Positions 29,324 through 39,683 are shown, counted from the first letter of the stretch. The stretch: 64,000 nt of DNA from an uncultured Nitrososphaerota archaeon (GCA_963838925.1 CAWISW010000001.1:347745-411744), one strand, 5' to 3'. The notes: a model not told the origin generated them from the sequence alone. Program-made: numbers and translations.

Positions 29324-29698
29324 TCAAGCTACGGTCCGCAGTTCCTCTGTCAATCCTTCGCTGAGCTGCATCTGGATCGCCCGGAATTCGCCTCTCCAGG
29401 CCTTTAGCAGGGACTGCCCGAGGTGTGACGCCTCCAAGAGGACCGTCCTGCCGTTCTTCTCCTTTACGATCAGCCCTTGGTCAGCCATGTGGTCGATCAC
29501 GGGATAGACCTGGCCGGGGCTTAGGAGCGTGTGGAACCTCTCATGCAAGAGCGTGATGATGTCGTATCCGCACAGCTTTCCCTTTTCGAGATAGTTCAGT
29601 ATCAGGTACTCGAGCAGGGAGTTCACCATCCCACGCCTGTACTTGCGGACGAAACGGTCTATCTCAACAGCTGATGCCGGATTCACCAATTGTGACAC
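29324..29698 (-). CDS. PadR-family regulator
   Basis: LCGYDII..LSPGQVYPVI. Confidence 0.82.
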   Translation of the reverse strand: MSQLVNPASAVEIDRFVRKYRRGMVNSLLEYLILNYLEKGKLCGYDIITLLHERFHTLLSPGQVYPVIDHMADQGLIVKEKNGRTVLLEASHLGQSLLKAWRGEFRAIQMQLSEGLTEELRTVA

Positions 29699-30339
29699 GT
29701 CAGTCCACGTTTACGGTAATCACTTAGATAAACGTTTGCCGAACGATGAGACGAAGCAGTCATCTCGAGTAGCAAGGGGCCGTCGTTCGTTCGTCCTAGT
29801 TGATTTGCGGGACGGTGATGGCTTCGACTTCAGGATTGCGAAGCGATGGGAGGGATCGCGCCGACCCCTGAATGCTACTTGGCTTTGGTCGGGACCGACT
29901 CTGGAGTCGGCTTCTCTTCGAACGATATGGCGAGCTTCAAGTTGACGTTCTCCTTCGAGACAGCGATGACTTTCTCTACCACTGGGCTCCACCTGACATG
30001 CAATCATAGAATTACTTTAGGAATTTAAGCAGTGCCAGCAAATGCATAACGTAATGCGTGCGCGCTCATGAAGAATCTGAATCTAGATTCGCGGCACAGG
30101 TACCCGGTTCGGATGCGGTGCGGATTTCGACGTTCGTTGGTCAAACGGGGTCCGAAATTAACCCAAACATCAAATCGGGGCTGGTCTTATCATGCGGAAC
30201 GGAGACAAAGTAAATATCTCATCCCGCGCGATGCGACGCTTGGAAGCGGTCAGGAACGACAAAAGATGCTCCGAGGCGACACTTCCCTTTTTCGCAAACG
30301 CTAATATATTATATGGGTAATTTGACGGTGGACTCCTAG

Positions 30340-31431
30340 ATGGCAACTAACCTTACGAAGCTCATCGAAGCGATCAACCGCGTCGGCATCCAGAACGTGT
30401 CCTTGCTTTCGCGGATGACCGGGATGCCCACCGAGACGATCCGCTACACGATGAAGAAGAGGTTCCCGAACATGGGCCTCAACATCAGGACACCGTTGAA
30501 CCACAGCGCGATGGGGCTCGAGCGCTATTTCGTAAAGCTCAAGCTAACCGAGGCGGCGGAGGAGTCGCTCTCGTCGATAGTCCAGGGACTCTCTTCGAAG
30601 GCCTTCCTCACCTACTGGTGCGAGGCGCCCCTCGAGCGCAAGTACCTTTCCTTCTTCTCGGTCCCCGTGTCTTTGGTCGACGAGTTCACGGGATTCCTGG
30701 ACAGGCTCGTAAAGGACGGAGTCCTCGTCGAATACAACCCGGAGCGGCTCGAATGGTCAAGGCACCCCGAGCTGAAGAGCAGGTATTACGACTTCGCAAC
30801 GGGAGAGTGGTCCATCAACTGGGACAAGATCAAGAAGGCGGGAGAAGCGCCGCCCGCGCCAGACTACCCGGACGAGCCATCCGGGTCGCCCGCCATCGAC
30901 GTCATCGACACGCTCATCATCAAGGAACTCGAGCTAGACTCGTGGCGCAACATCGCAGAGATCGCGCGCAAGCTGAAGCTGAACGAGAGGACCGTGAGGT
31001 GGCACTACAGGAAGCACGTCGTGGACATCGCCCAGTCCAGCTATGTGAACTGGAAGCCGGTGACCCCGAAGGAATATGGGAAGGCCGTGGGACTGGTCCA
31101 CGAGTTCAAGGACATCTCGAAGGAGAGACTCGCCAAGGTCAGGGTGGTCTTCAACAACTTCCCCTTCCCATGGTTCGAGGGCGGACGAAAGGACGGATAC
31201 TACCAGGTGCAGTCCGCCATCCCGGGGCAGTACTACATGGAATCCTTGCGCTTCCTCAATGCGAGCCTGGCCGGCGTGGTGGAAGACTGGAAGGCATGGA
31301 CCGTCGACGTCGCGTCCACGCTCTGGTACACAGTGCCTTACGAGAACTTCGATGACAAGAGGGGCTGGTTCTTTGACAAGGAATCCGCGCTAGAGGCCGT
31401 GCTGCCTCAGAAGATGAAAATAAAGCAGTGA
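30340..31431 (+). CDS. Tandem-domain Lrp/AsnC-like HTH regulator
   Basis: Two HTH motifs (SLLSRMTGMPTETIRY; IAEIARKLKLNERTVRWH), each followed by a putative effector domain. Confidence 0.7.
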   Translation: MATNLTKLIEAINRVGIQNVSLLSRMTGMPTETIRYTMKKRFPNMGLNIRTPLNHSAMGLERYFVKLKLTEAAEESLSSIVQGLSSKAFLTYWCEAPLERKYLSFFSVPVSLVDEFTGFLDRLVKDGVLVEYNPERLEWSRHPELKSRYYDFATGEWSINWDKIKKAGEAPPAPDYPDEPSGSPAIDVIDTLIIKELELDSWRNIAEIARKLKLNERTVRWHYRKHVVDIAQSSYVNWKPVTPKEYGKAVGLVHEFKDISKERLAKVRVVFNNFPFPWFEGGRKDGYYQVQSAIPGQYYMESLRFLNASLAGVVEDWKAWTVDVASTLWYTVPYENFDDKRGWFFDKESALEAVLPQKMKIKQ

Positions 31432-31435
31432 GGGC

Positions 31436-31666
31436 CTAGTTAGGCCCCCCAGAACCGCCAGGGTCTCCGCCCGATATCATGTGGAGGTTAGGCCCGCCAG
31501 ACCCTCCCGGATCCCCACTGGTGATCACGTGAAGGTTTGGTCCCCCAGACCCTCCGGGATCTCCGTTGAAGATTCCGTGCACTCCATGCGCCATGAGGGC
31601 GAACGCGACGAACGTCACGGCGAACGGAGCGACCTTGATCAGCTTGCTCAGAAGTCGACTATTCAT
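31436..31666 (-). CDS. Small secreted peptide precursor with three GDPGGSGGPN repeats
   Basis: Basic plus hydrophobic leader; three identical 10-aa cores encoded with only synonymous differences. Confidence 0.8.
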   Translation of the reverse strand: MNSRLLSKLIKVAPFAVTFVAFALMAHGVHGIFNGDPGGSGGPNLHVITSGDPGGSGGPNLHMISGGDPGGSGGPN

Positions 31667-31859
31667 TGGACGAATGGCGTGGGGATTACTATTACCGCAC
31701 TATGCAGGCCCGAGTTACTAATCCAGATACTGGATTCACTGGCCGCGAATCTACACGATTAAGGATGTCCAGTTTTCATGCGATTGGGCAGGTCCGCGGG
31801 GTCTGCGTTACCGCATTCATAACCGCTATATACCATTATCATGAATCCGGAAACCAGAT

Positions 31860-32339
31860 TTGGAGATGCCTGCCGAAAGAGGGACGCGGCCCAGCCACGA
31901 CGAGCTCGAGGCGATCCTCAGGGAAGGGATTCAGGACGGACTCCGCAGTGTCCTCGGTCAGAGCGGGCTCCAGATGGTGCTGAAGGAGTGCCCGCTCGAG
32001 CTCATCACCGCCGAGCCGGCGCGATTCCACGAGTTCCTGAAGGGCATATTCATGGAGGGCGGGGCGTTGGTGATTGAGCGAGAGATAGGCAGGAGGCTGC
32101 TTCAAAGACTGGGCGACGAGTTCGACCCGGCGCGGCACTCACGACATAGGTGGTTGGTTGCTGCCACCACAAGGAATAACGGGTCTGCGAGGGTGTCCAA
32201 GGAAGAGAGGGAAGTCCTTAGGCGGTTCCTCTCGCCAGAACCGCTTCCCAAGGAACGCATCGGCAGGGCGAACGTCGGGGCAGCACCGATCGAGGTCACC
32301 GCGGCCAGCTTCGCGCGCGCGTTCAAAAAGGGAACATAG
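31860..32339 (+). CDS. Small cytoplasmic protein resembling thaumarchaeal signalling output domains (NitrOD5-like)
   Basis: I..GL.SVLG.SG..VL..P..F...L..IF..GA..IE pattern. Confidence 0.5.
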   Translation: MEMPAERGTRPSHDELEAILREGIQDGLRSVLGQSGLQMVLKECPLELITAEPARFHEFLKGIFMEGGALVIEREIGRRLLQRLGDEFDPARHSRHRWLVAATTRNNGSARVSKEEREVLRRFLSPEPLPKERIGRANVGAAPIEVTAASFARAFKKGT

Positions 32340-32342
32340 ACA

Positions 32343-33134
32343 GTGCAGCGGTTCGTCGGCGCCCTCAGCTCTGTAGTCGTAGCCTTGCTGGTGGCCCTTC
32401 TGTACGCGTTGAGGCCAGAGCCGTTCATCGCTCTCGCCCTCGTGTTCCCCACGCTGACCAGCGTCTTCATCACCGCCCCGTCTCTCGTGGTCGCCTACGT
32501 GGCGGCGAGGGCGTACTCGCGGGAGGGGGTGCTCAGCGTGCTCTTCTTGGGCTTGGGGGCGGTGGTCTTCGGCTCCACCGCCCTTCTCGCTTCTGTGTTC
32601 GTCGACACCGAGGGGCGCAACTTCACGGCGACCGTCTTCGCGACGGGCGCCCTGCTCTCCGCTGCCCTCAGCTTCGCTTGCGCTTACCTGACTTATCTAG
32701 GTGGCACGCCCAAGGCGGCCAGCAGCCGTCTTGTCTACGCGTGGGTGCCGCTGACGGTGTTGGCGATCGTCGCGATCATGGTCGGGGCAGCCACGGGCGC
32801 CTTGCCGCCTTTCTACGCCGAGGGCGTGGGGACCACAGCCCTAGATCAGGCGGTGCTGTTGGCGGCCTCGCTCGCTTTCGTCTGCGCGGCGGCGGCGATA
32901 TTCGCGGTCTTCTCGTCTTCCAGGTCTGGCGTCCTCTTCTGGTACGCCACGTCCTTGTGCGCGACGGCCGTTGGGCTGGTTGAAATCGCGTTCTCGAACG
33001 GCGACCTCAGCTCAATCACTATGCGGGGCGGCTGGGCGACCTTGTATCTGGGAGGGGTGTTGTTGGTGACGTCGGTGCTTTCCGCCGAGAGGTTGAACGG
33101 GCTGCCTTCGGGGAGGAACGGACGCAAGGCTTGA
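32343..33134 (+). CDS. Multi-pass membrane protein (putative membrane sensor domain)
   Basis: ~8 hydrophobic helices, no catalytic motif. Confidence 0.65.
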   Translation: MQRFVGALSSVVVALLVALLYALRPEPFIALALVFPTLTSVFITAPSLVVAYVAARAYSREGVLSVLFLGLGAVVFGSTALLASVFVDTEGRNFTATVFATGALLSAALSFACAYLTYLGGTPKAASSRLVYAWVPLTVLAIVAIMVGAATGALPPFYAEGVGTTALDQAVLLAASLAFVCAAAAIFAVFSSSRSGVLFWYATSLCATAVGLVEIAFSNGDLSSITMRGGWATLYLGGVLLVTSVLSAERLNGLPSGRNGRKA

Positions 33135-33189
33135 CGCCGGGACCAGGTCTCGATGCTCCTGGCGCTTCCCGTCAGGGAGACACCAGACC

Positions 33190-34563
33190 TTGACCGACCT
33201 CGCAACGACCCTAGGCGTTACCGGCGCCTTCGTCATCGAGGTGGGGGCTGTCCTTCTTGCGCTCAGGAACGTCCTCGGACAGAAGCTGACCAGGGTCGTC
33301 GACACGAAGGCCGTGCTCGTGTTCGCGCACGTCTTCATCCTCGCGATCTTCGCGCTGGAATACATGAGGTTCTTCCTGTCGTCCTCCGTAGGCTTCATGG
33401 ACTTCTACACCTTCGGAGTGGTCTCGCTGATCCTCTGGATTGGGATCCTCCTCACGTCCCTTGCCTACATCGTCTTCTTCCGTCCGAGCGAGCGCAGCTT
33501 TGGGCAGAGGGTCGTGGCTCTCGTCACGAGCAGGCTCTTTCCCTTCGGCCTCATGCTAGTGCTCTTCGTGGCGTACATCCTGGCGGTGGACGGGTTCCTG
33601 ATAGCCACGAGCCCGTTCTCCTTTGTCACTCTCCGCGACCTGACGGGGCAATCTGGCACGGTGCCCCTCTTCAACGGGACGCTGAAGGCTCTGGTGCTCT
33701 CGCTCTACCTTGTCTTCCTCCTCTTCCCCTCGCTGCAATTCGTGCTTGCGATCCGCTCGATTTCGGACCCTCAGACGAAGCGGGCCGTCAGCGTGCTGAT
33801 CTGCGGCTGGGACATTATCGCGCTGGACGGGCTCTTGATCTACGGGTTCCTGCCGTCCCTCGGCGTCAACGCGTTAGGCCCAGGGCAGCTGATAGCGGGG
33901 CTCGTGCTCGGCGTCACCGGGTACTCGATGCGCAAGAGCTCCGTCCTCGAGAAGATGTTCGAGCAGGTCGAGGCCAAGTCCCCTCGAACGGAGCCGGTTA
34001 TTAATGGGGTTCTAGCGAGCGAGCGTCCCGTGTCAAGCTACAAGGGGACGATGCTCTTCGAGGCCGACCCGTCGGCGAACTACGAGCGAGCGGTGAAGGA
34101 CTTTGCCCTTGAGATGATCGCTAGCGGGCGACTCGTGTTCGCGTTCACGTCGAGGGGGAGCCCCGTCTACCTACTGCTCAAGGACATCCCCGGCCTGCGC
34201 TTCTTCATCCTCTCTGAGAGTTCCTATCCCAAGCCAAGCGGAGGCTCCCTGGAGGTGATGGTCCCGCGCAGCGACTACGCCGTACTCCTGAACGTCATGG
34301 ACGAGACCGTGACGCACAGCCCTGAGAAGCCGAAGGCGATTATCTTCGACAACATCTCGTCGCTCATCCTCGACGCGGGGTTCCAGGAGTGCTACAAGTT
34401 CCTGAGGCAGGTGAACGAGATACTCAGCCACGGCGACGTGGTCTCAATCTTCCTCGTGCTCTTGAAGGCGCACGACGACAAGACGCTGAACATCGTCAAG
34501 AACCTGTACTCGGGACACCTGATATTCGACGCGACCGGACTTCGCGTCCTGAAGCAGGGCTGA
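33190..34563 (+). CDS. 7-TM membrane protein with a C-terminal DUF835/KaiC-like inactive ATPase domain
   Basis: N-terminal TM bundle; C-terminal AIIFDNISSLI..G...YKFL (Walker B-like), no Walker A. Confidence 0.65.
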   Translation: MTDLATTLGVTGAFVIEVGAVLLALRNVLGQKLTRVVDTKAVLVFAHVFILAIFALEYMRFFLSSSVGFMDFYTFGVVSLILWIGILLTSLAYIVFFRPSERSFGQRVVALVTSRLFPFGLMLVLFVAYILAVDGFLIATSPFSFVTLRDLTGQSGTVPLFNGTLKALVLSLYLVFLLFPSLQFVLAIRSISDPQTKRAVSVLICGWDIIALDGLLIYGFLPSLGVNALGPGQLIAGLVLGVTGYSMRKSSVLEKMFEQVEAKSPRTEPVINGVLASERPVSSYKGTMLFEADPSANYERAVKDFALEMIASGRLVFAFTSRGSPVYLLLKDIPGLRFFILSESSYPKPSGGSLEVMVPRSDYAVLLNVMDETVTHSPEKPKAIIFDNISSLILDAGFQECYKFLRQVNEILSHGDVVSIFLVLLKAHDDKTLNIVKNLYSGHLIFDATGLRVLKQG

Positions 34564-34588
34564 TGCCTGGCCGTCTTCTGAGCGCGCA

Positions 34589-35380
34589 TTAGGCCCTGGA
34601 GAGGCGCGCCTCTTGAGGCACGCTCTCGGTCGCCTTGCCGCCCAAGACAAACCCAAGCTCGTCGCCTTCGAAGCGGACCTTCTCGACGGTGTAGCTGGTC
34701 GCCATCAGGCGGCCGGTGGCCCCCGCGACGACCCCGGTGAGGAAGTGGTCGTGGATCCGCGTCTCCGTCGCTGAGATGATGGGCTCCCGCACCTTCACGA
34801 CGAACCCGTCGGTCGTCCTCCTCATCTCGGTTATCCCCATCCCTGCCGCCCTGAGCATCACCTTGAGGTTCTCGACGGACGTCTCGGCGTTCGCCTTGCT
34901 CCCCAACTTCTCCTGGATGTGCTTGGCGAACTCCTCGCCGCACGCCACTCCCGCCTCATGGAGGATCGCGAGGCCTCCCGTACCGTAGGTCAGCACCAGC
35001 CTCGAGGCGATGGACAACCAGGCGCTGTCCGTCATTAGGAAGCCGCGGACTTTGTCGTCTATCATTATCGGGAACAGGAACTCCTCGAAGACCACCCTGT
35101 CCTTCCTGACCGCGTTGGCCTCCTGGACGAAGTCCAGGTCCCTCACGGTCTTGAGGAGCGCATCGATCCCCACCTTGGACTCTCCCATCTCGAGGTATGC
35201 CACGATGTCCGCGGTCTTTCCCCTCGTGGCCTGGATGTGCATGGAGAGGATGTCCACGTTCTCCTGAGCCAGAAACCCCGTGATCTGGTGCAGGACGCCT
35301 ATCTTGGACTTTACGTTAAGGTGCAGCTCGTACGCGTCCTTGCTCGGAGGGGAGGTCAGGTTGAGGATTCTCGGTCTCAA
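34589..35380 (-). CDS. ACT-domain plus V4R-like ligand-binding protein
   Basis: SKIGVLHQITGFLAQENVDILS (ACT); ILHEAG..CG..GMG..HFLTGVVAG (V4R-like); start uncertain. Confidence 0.7.
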   Translation of the reverse strand: MRPRILNLTSPPSKDAYELHLNVKSKIGVLHQITGFLAQENVDILSMHIQATRGKTADIVAYLEMGESKVGIDALLKTVRDLDFVQEANAVRKDRVVFEEFLFPIMIDDKVRGFLMTDSAWLSIASRLVLTYGTGGLAILHEAGVACGEEFAKHIQEKLGSKANAETSVENLKVMLRAAGMGITEMRRTTDGFVVKVREPIISATETRIHDHFLTGVVAGATGRLMATSYTVEKVRFEGDELGFVLGGKATESVPQEARLSRA

Positions 35381-35671
35381 AGCAGGGATTCGGAGGAATG
35401 TTCGCCTTGCGCGATAAAAGTATGATGAATCCAGCATACACTTTCTAAATATTTGAGGTCCAGTTTCGATGTCCCGATGCTGTGGAGTCGAGGGTCTGTC
35501 AAGATCGGGCGTGCTCGTATTCGCTACCCCTCTCTGTTGCCATCCGAACCTCGTGACAGGCCTTCTCATCGCAGGCCGTCACTAGTTTCAGCGAGCCGGA
35601 GGACTCCGTCCGGACGTTCTCCACGGGAACCGAAGGACTGATGAGGAGCCTTTGAAGAAGAGGGAGAGAAC

Positions 35672-38600
35672 TTGAGGGGAAATCCAGCGGTCCTACCCCC
35701 GGTCGCCACGCTCCTGGCTCTGGCGTTGCTTCTCCTGATGGGGTCAACCGGCGCGTCGGCGGCGCATGCGTTTGAGTTTGGGAACGGAGGGTTCGGAGGG
35801 AGCGGAATGCAGGTTCCTCTGACAGCAAGCTACTCCACCATCGGTGGTGGCGGGAGTCAGGTTGTGGACGCACTGACTTTTGTGAACAACGGCGTACAGC
35901 AGACGGTGGCTCTTACCACGACCCCGACGATATACATGGTCGACTCCGGGACCCAATGGAGCGCGCAGACCATCCTAAACGGTTCGACCAGCACCGAGAG
36001 GTGGATCACCTCGCAGGATGTCGCTGGAACGATAGTTGCGCCATTTGCAGTCGTATTCACATACTATCACCAGTACCTCGTGACATTCAACTTCAACGTC
36101 ACCAACGGTGGGGCTGGGTTCTCCAGCCCATCCGTCAGATTTGTTCAAATGGGCGGGATTGTCTCCTCACCCGCTCCAGAGGTGGTGTGGGTCGACGCTT
36201 CGTCAACCTATTCGTATGACTCGCAACTACCTGGATTCTCTTCGACCGAGAGATGGGCCTCCCAGACCGTGGGAACCGGGACGATAGCCAGCTCATCGAC
36301 TGTGCTCGTGACGTATTACCACCAATACCTCGTGTCCTCCAGCTATTCCATTGTTGGCGGTGGAAGCCCCACGCCTCCTTCCTTGTCGAGCACTGCTTTC
36401 AAGGCCCCGGTGCAATTTGCCCTGACTGGCAGCACTCAGAGCTCCTGGTTCGATGCCGGTGCTCCCTACTCCTGGAGTCCAACGCTGACAGGGAAGTCGA
36501 CCGAGACTTGGGTGGGGACCGTCATCCTGCAGATGCCTTCTGGAAACGTGCTTTCGACCGACAACAACGGGACCGTCATTAGCGCGCTCTCGATTACCCC
36601 TGCCTATCACCACCAGTTTCTCGTGAGCGTCGACTTCGCATTCGTAGGCGGCACTCCGACCGGCCTCACCCCTCCGGCATTCACCTACGAATACTTCGGC
36701 TCCCCGACGGCCGTGACGTCGAACACCGTCGTGTGGGTCGATAGCGGCACCCAGTACACCCTCCCTGAGGCGGTCTGCTGCACGAGTTCGCCTGGTCTGG
36801 AGAGATGGGAGCTAAACAATTCCACGACAGGGGTCATCTCCTCCGCTACGACGATTAGCTCGACCTACTTCCACCAGTACATGGAGTTGTTTTCCTACTC
36901 GTTCCTGGGGCAGCCTCCGCCCTCCCCTTGGACGCCGCCCGAACTCAGCTACCTCGCCGCAGGGAGCGCCCAGCAGGTGGCGCTCCTCCAGACTCCGCTA
37001 GGTGTGTGGGCCGACGCTAACTCGGCGTATTCCGTCACCAGCACAATCTCATCCTCGAGCCAGAGCGAGAGATGGTTCGCCCAATCTTCCGTAGGGAGCA
37101 TTCAGTCGACGCAGGGCAGCCCAATCATCGTCCTCTACAACCAGCAATACCTCATCACCATAGTCGGAGGAGGTCTCCCCACTCAGTGGGTGAACGCGGG
37201 GAACAACACGACGCTCATGACTCCCGGAGTGTACGGACGTTCGGCTGGAAGCGGATACAGAGTGGTCTCCTACCAGATAGATTACGGTGCCGTGGTAAAC
37301 ATAACCCAACCCTCGGATATCGTGTCGATCCAACTATCGATCAACGGCCCTCACACCATCGCATTCCAGTCAGTAAGGCAGTTCCAGGTTTCCCTTGACT
37401 CAGGGGCCACCGGGGCACTCTCGTCAATAACCCCTCCCACCGTGTCGGGAGACAACTACTGGTATGACTCTGAATCGCCCATACGGGTAGTACTCAACGG
37501 CGACTGGGGACGGGCGAACGGGGTCGGGCAGCGCATCTCAACTATCTCTGCCACTGGACAAGCTACCATTCAGGTCAACGGGATAGGCCTGGTGCAAGCC
37601 TTTGCCACCCCGTCTCTCCAGACGCCCATCACGATCACCACCACGAGCGCCACCCAGTACGAGGTGGTCCTGAACAAGGGGGCGATGGCTGCGTTCGCCT
37701 CCATCTCTCCCCCGTCGACCTTCCCCAACGACACCTTCTGGTACGACGCGGGCTCACCAGCCGTCACCGTTGTGCTCGACGGCGTCTACTCGCGCGTCGG
37801 CGGGACGGGCTTCAGGGTCTCGTCCTGGGCGGTGGACTCAGGTCCGGTGACCCAGGTCGCGTCGACCGGCACCATCACCATAGTCACCAAAGCGATGACC
37901 TCGGCGCACTTCCTGAACGCGTCGACCGTCACCCAATACCAGATCACGCTCGACAAGCCAGGAAGCGCGGCCCTGGCCTCCATGACCAACCCGTCGATTC
38001 CGCTCGACTCCGGCTGGTACGATGCATCCACGCCGGTCGGGGTGATCATGAACGGTGCATGGAGCCGCTCCTCAGGCGCAGGCCAGAGGCTGGCGGGCTT
38101 CTCCCTGAACGGTGGGCCCGAGGTCAGCGTGGCTTCCACGGGCCTTGTAACAGTCCTCAACTCGACGAAGCTGTCATCGTCCGAGGCCATCACGACCTCC
38201 ACGGTGACCCAGTACCTCGTGACGCTCGACGGCGGCGCCACCTCCGCGCTCAGCTCGATCACCTCGACCCCGATTCCCAAGGACGGGTACTGGTTCGACA
38301 GCGGGACGCCGGTGAGCGTGTCCCTGAACGGCGTCTGGGCACGCACGTCCACGACAGGCACAAGGCTGACGTCCTATTCCGTGAACCTTGGAGCCTCCAC
38401 CACTGTCCTCTCCTTAGGTCACGTTCAGGCGCTCTCCCTTCCAGGGATATCGGGACCTGAATCGATCTCAACCAAGACGGTGTCCCAGTATCGCCTCACC
38501 TCGACGCCCATCGCCTGGGCATCGCTGACCAACTCGACGCTCCCAGGAGACGCAGCAGGGTGGTTCGACTCGGGGACAGCCGTGAAGGCCGTCTTCAACA

Positions 38601-39637
38601 ACGTGTGGGGCCAGAACTCGACCGGCTCGAGGGACGACGTGGTGAGCTACACGGTCGACAACGGCGCCAAGACCAGCGTCACGCGCTCAGGGACTGGGAC
38701 CTTCGCGGTAGCCCTCACGATGTCGGCATCCCACACCATCGCCATCGCATCGGTCACGCAGTACATCCTCGGGGTCGTGGGCCCCGGTCAGGTGACGGCG
38801 AGCCCGCCCTCGCCGACAGGGGACTCGTACTTCGACTCGGGCTCGAAGGTCACCTTCACCGTACCGCGCGTCTGGAACGTAACCTCGAGCGCTGGGCAGA
38901 GAGCGCTGCTCGTCTCCTATTCGCTCAACGGTGGGACCCCGGTCGCAGTAGCACCCTCGACAAGCTCCGCCAGCTTCACGGTGCCCGCGGTGACCTTCAC
39001 CGGGTCCCAGCTGCTCGTCCTCAGCGCCCTCGACCAGTATCAGGTGACGTTCCAGTTCTTTGACGCCCACGGAGCGAACCCCGTCACGCCCAGCGGCGTA
39101 CAGATTGGCGTGGGGAACGCCACGGTGGACGTCCAGGGCCAGTCCGCTTGGCTGGCGAACGGGACGTCCTTCAGCCTGATCAACGTTTCATGGGAAGGGG
39201 CCAGCGTGGGTCCGACGCCCCCTCCGACGTACGAGGTCAAGGCCGCCCCTCTCAAAGTCACAATCGAGACTCGGGTGTACCCCGCCTCGTTGAAGGCAGT
39301 CGACCTCTTCGGACTCCCAGTCTCAGGCGCGCAGGTCTCGATGACGCTTGCGAACGGGACGGTGCTCACAGGGACCACCAAGGGAGACGGCACCTTCGCC
39401 GTCCCGATGATACCGCTTGGGACGTTCACCGCCAAGGTCTCCAGCCTCGGGACCAGCGCCCAGGTGGTGGGGAGCGCCTCCTCGCCCGCGGTCGCACAGG
39501 CCAAGGTGGCCTTCAGCCTCGTCTCGCTCATCGTGGTGGTGGCGATAGTCGTCGGGGCCGGGACTGCGGGGGTCTTTCTGCTGAGATGGTCCAGGAGCAA
39601 GAAGGGGTCAGGCGGAGCGGTGTCCGAACAAAAGTGA
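35672..39637 (+). CDS. Giant secreted repeat surface protein with C-terminal TM anchor
   Basis: Signal peptide; many W.D.G/ERW/YYHQY and TQY.V.L..GW(Y/F)D repeats; C-terminal TM. Confidence 0.8.
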   Translation: MRGNPAVLPPVATLLALALLLLMGSTGASAAHAFEFGNGGFGGSGMQVPLTASYSTIGGGGSQVVDALTFVNNGVQQTVALTTTPTIYMVDSGTQWSAQTILNGSTSTERWITSQDVAGTIVAPFAVVFTYYHQYLVTFNFNVTNGGAGFSSPSVRFVQMGGIVSSPAPEVVWVDASSTYSYDSQLPGFSSTERWASQTVGTGTIASSSTVLVTYYHQYLVSSSYSIVGGGSPTPPSLSSTAFKAPVQFALTGSTQSSWFDAGAPYSWSPTLTGKSTETWVGTVILQMPSGNVLSTDNNGTVISALSITPAYHHQFLVSVDFAFVGGTPTGLTPPAFTYEYFGSPTAVTSNTVVWVDSGTQYTLPEAVCCTSSPGLERWELNNSTTGVISSATTISSTYFHQYMELFSYSFLGQPPPSPWTPPELSYLAAGSAQQVALLQTPLGVWADANSAYSVTSTISSSSQSERWFAQSSVGSIQSTQGSPIIVLYNQQYLITIVGGGLPTQWVNAGNNTTLMTPGVYGRSAGSGYRVVSYQIDYGAVVNITQPSDIVSIQLSINGPHTIAFQSVRQFQVSLDSGATGALSSITPPTVSGDNYWYDSESPIRVVLNGDWGRANGVGQRISTISATGQATIQVNGIGLVQAFATPSLQTPITITTTSATQYEVVLNKGAMAAFASISPPSTFPNDTFWYDAGSPAVTVVLDGVYSRVGGTGFRVSSWAVDSGPVTQVASTGTITIVTKAMTSAHFLNASTVTQYQITLDKPGSAALASMTNPSIPLDSGWYDASTPVGVIMNGAWSRSSGAGQRLAGFSLNGGPEVSVASTGLVTVLNSTKLSSSEAITTSTVTQYLVTLDGGATSALSSITSTPIPKDGYWFDSGTPVSVSLNGVWARTSTTGTRLTSYSVNLGASTTVLSLGHVQALSLPGISGPESISTKTVSQYRLTSTPIAWASLTNSTLPGDAAGWFDSGTAVKAVFNNVWGQNSTGSRDDVVSYTVDNGAKTSVTRSGTGTFAVALTMSASHTIAIASVTQYILGVVGPGQVTASPPSPTGDSYFDSGSKVTFTVPRVWNVTSSAGQRALLVSYSLNGGTPVAVAPSTSSASFTVPAVTFTGSQLLVLSALDQYQVTFQFFDAHGANPVTPSGVQIGVGNATVDVQGQSAWLANGTSFSLINVSWEGASVGPTPPPTYEVKAAPLKVTIETRVYPASLKAVDLFGLPVSGAQVSMTLANGTVLTGTTKGDGTFAVPMIPLGTFTAKVSSLGTSAQVVGSASSPAVAQAKVAFSLVSLIVVVAIVVGAGTAGVFLLRWSRSKKGSGGAVSEQK

Positions 39638-39683
39638 CAACCCATCCCCCTAAATACGTTAGAGGGCGAAGGAAGAAGATAGA

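Noticed and set aside
29700-30340. tRNA, rRNA or other known ncRNA in the long intergenic region
   Set aside because: No cloverleaf or recognisable conserved RNA motif found by eye.
31436-31570. 48-bp-period DNA repeat as a mini-CRISPR array
   Set aside because: The repeats vary at third codon positions, the spacers are too short, and there are no cas genes. It is a coding repeat.
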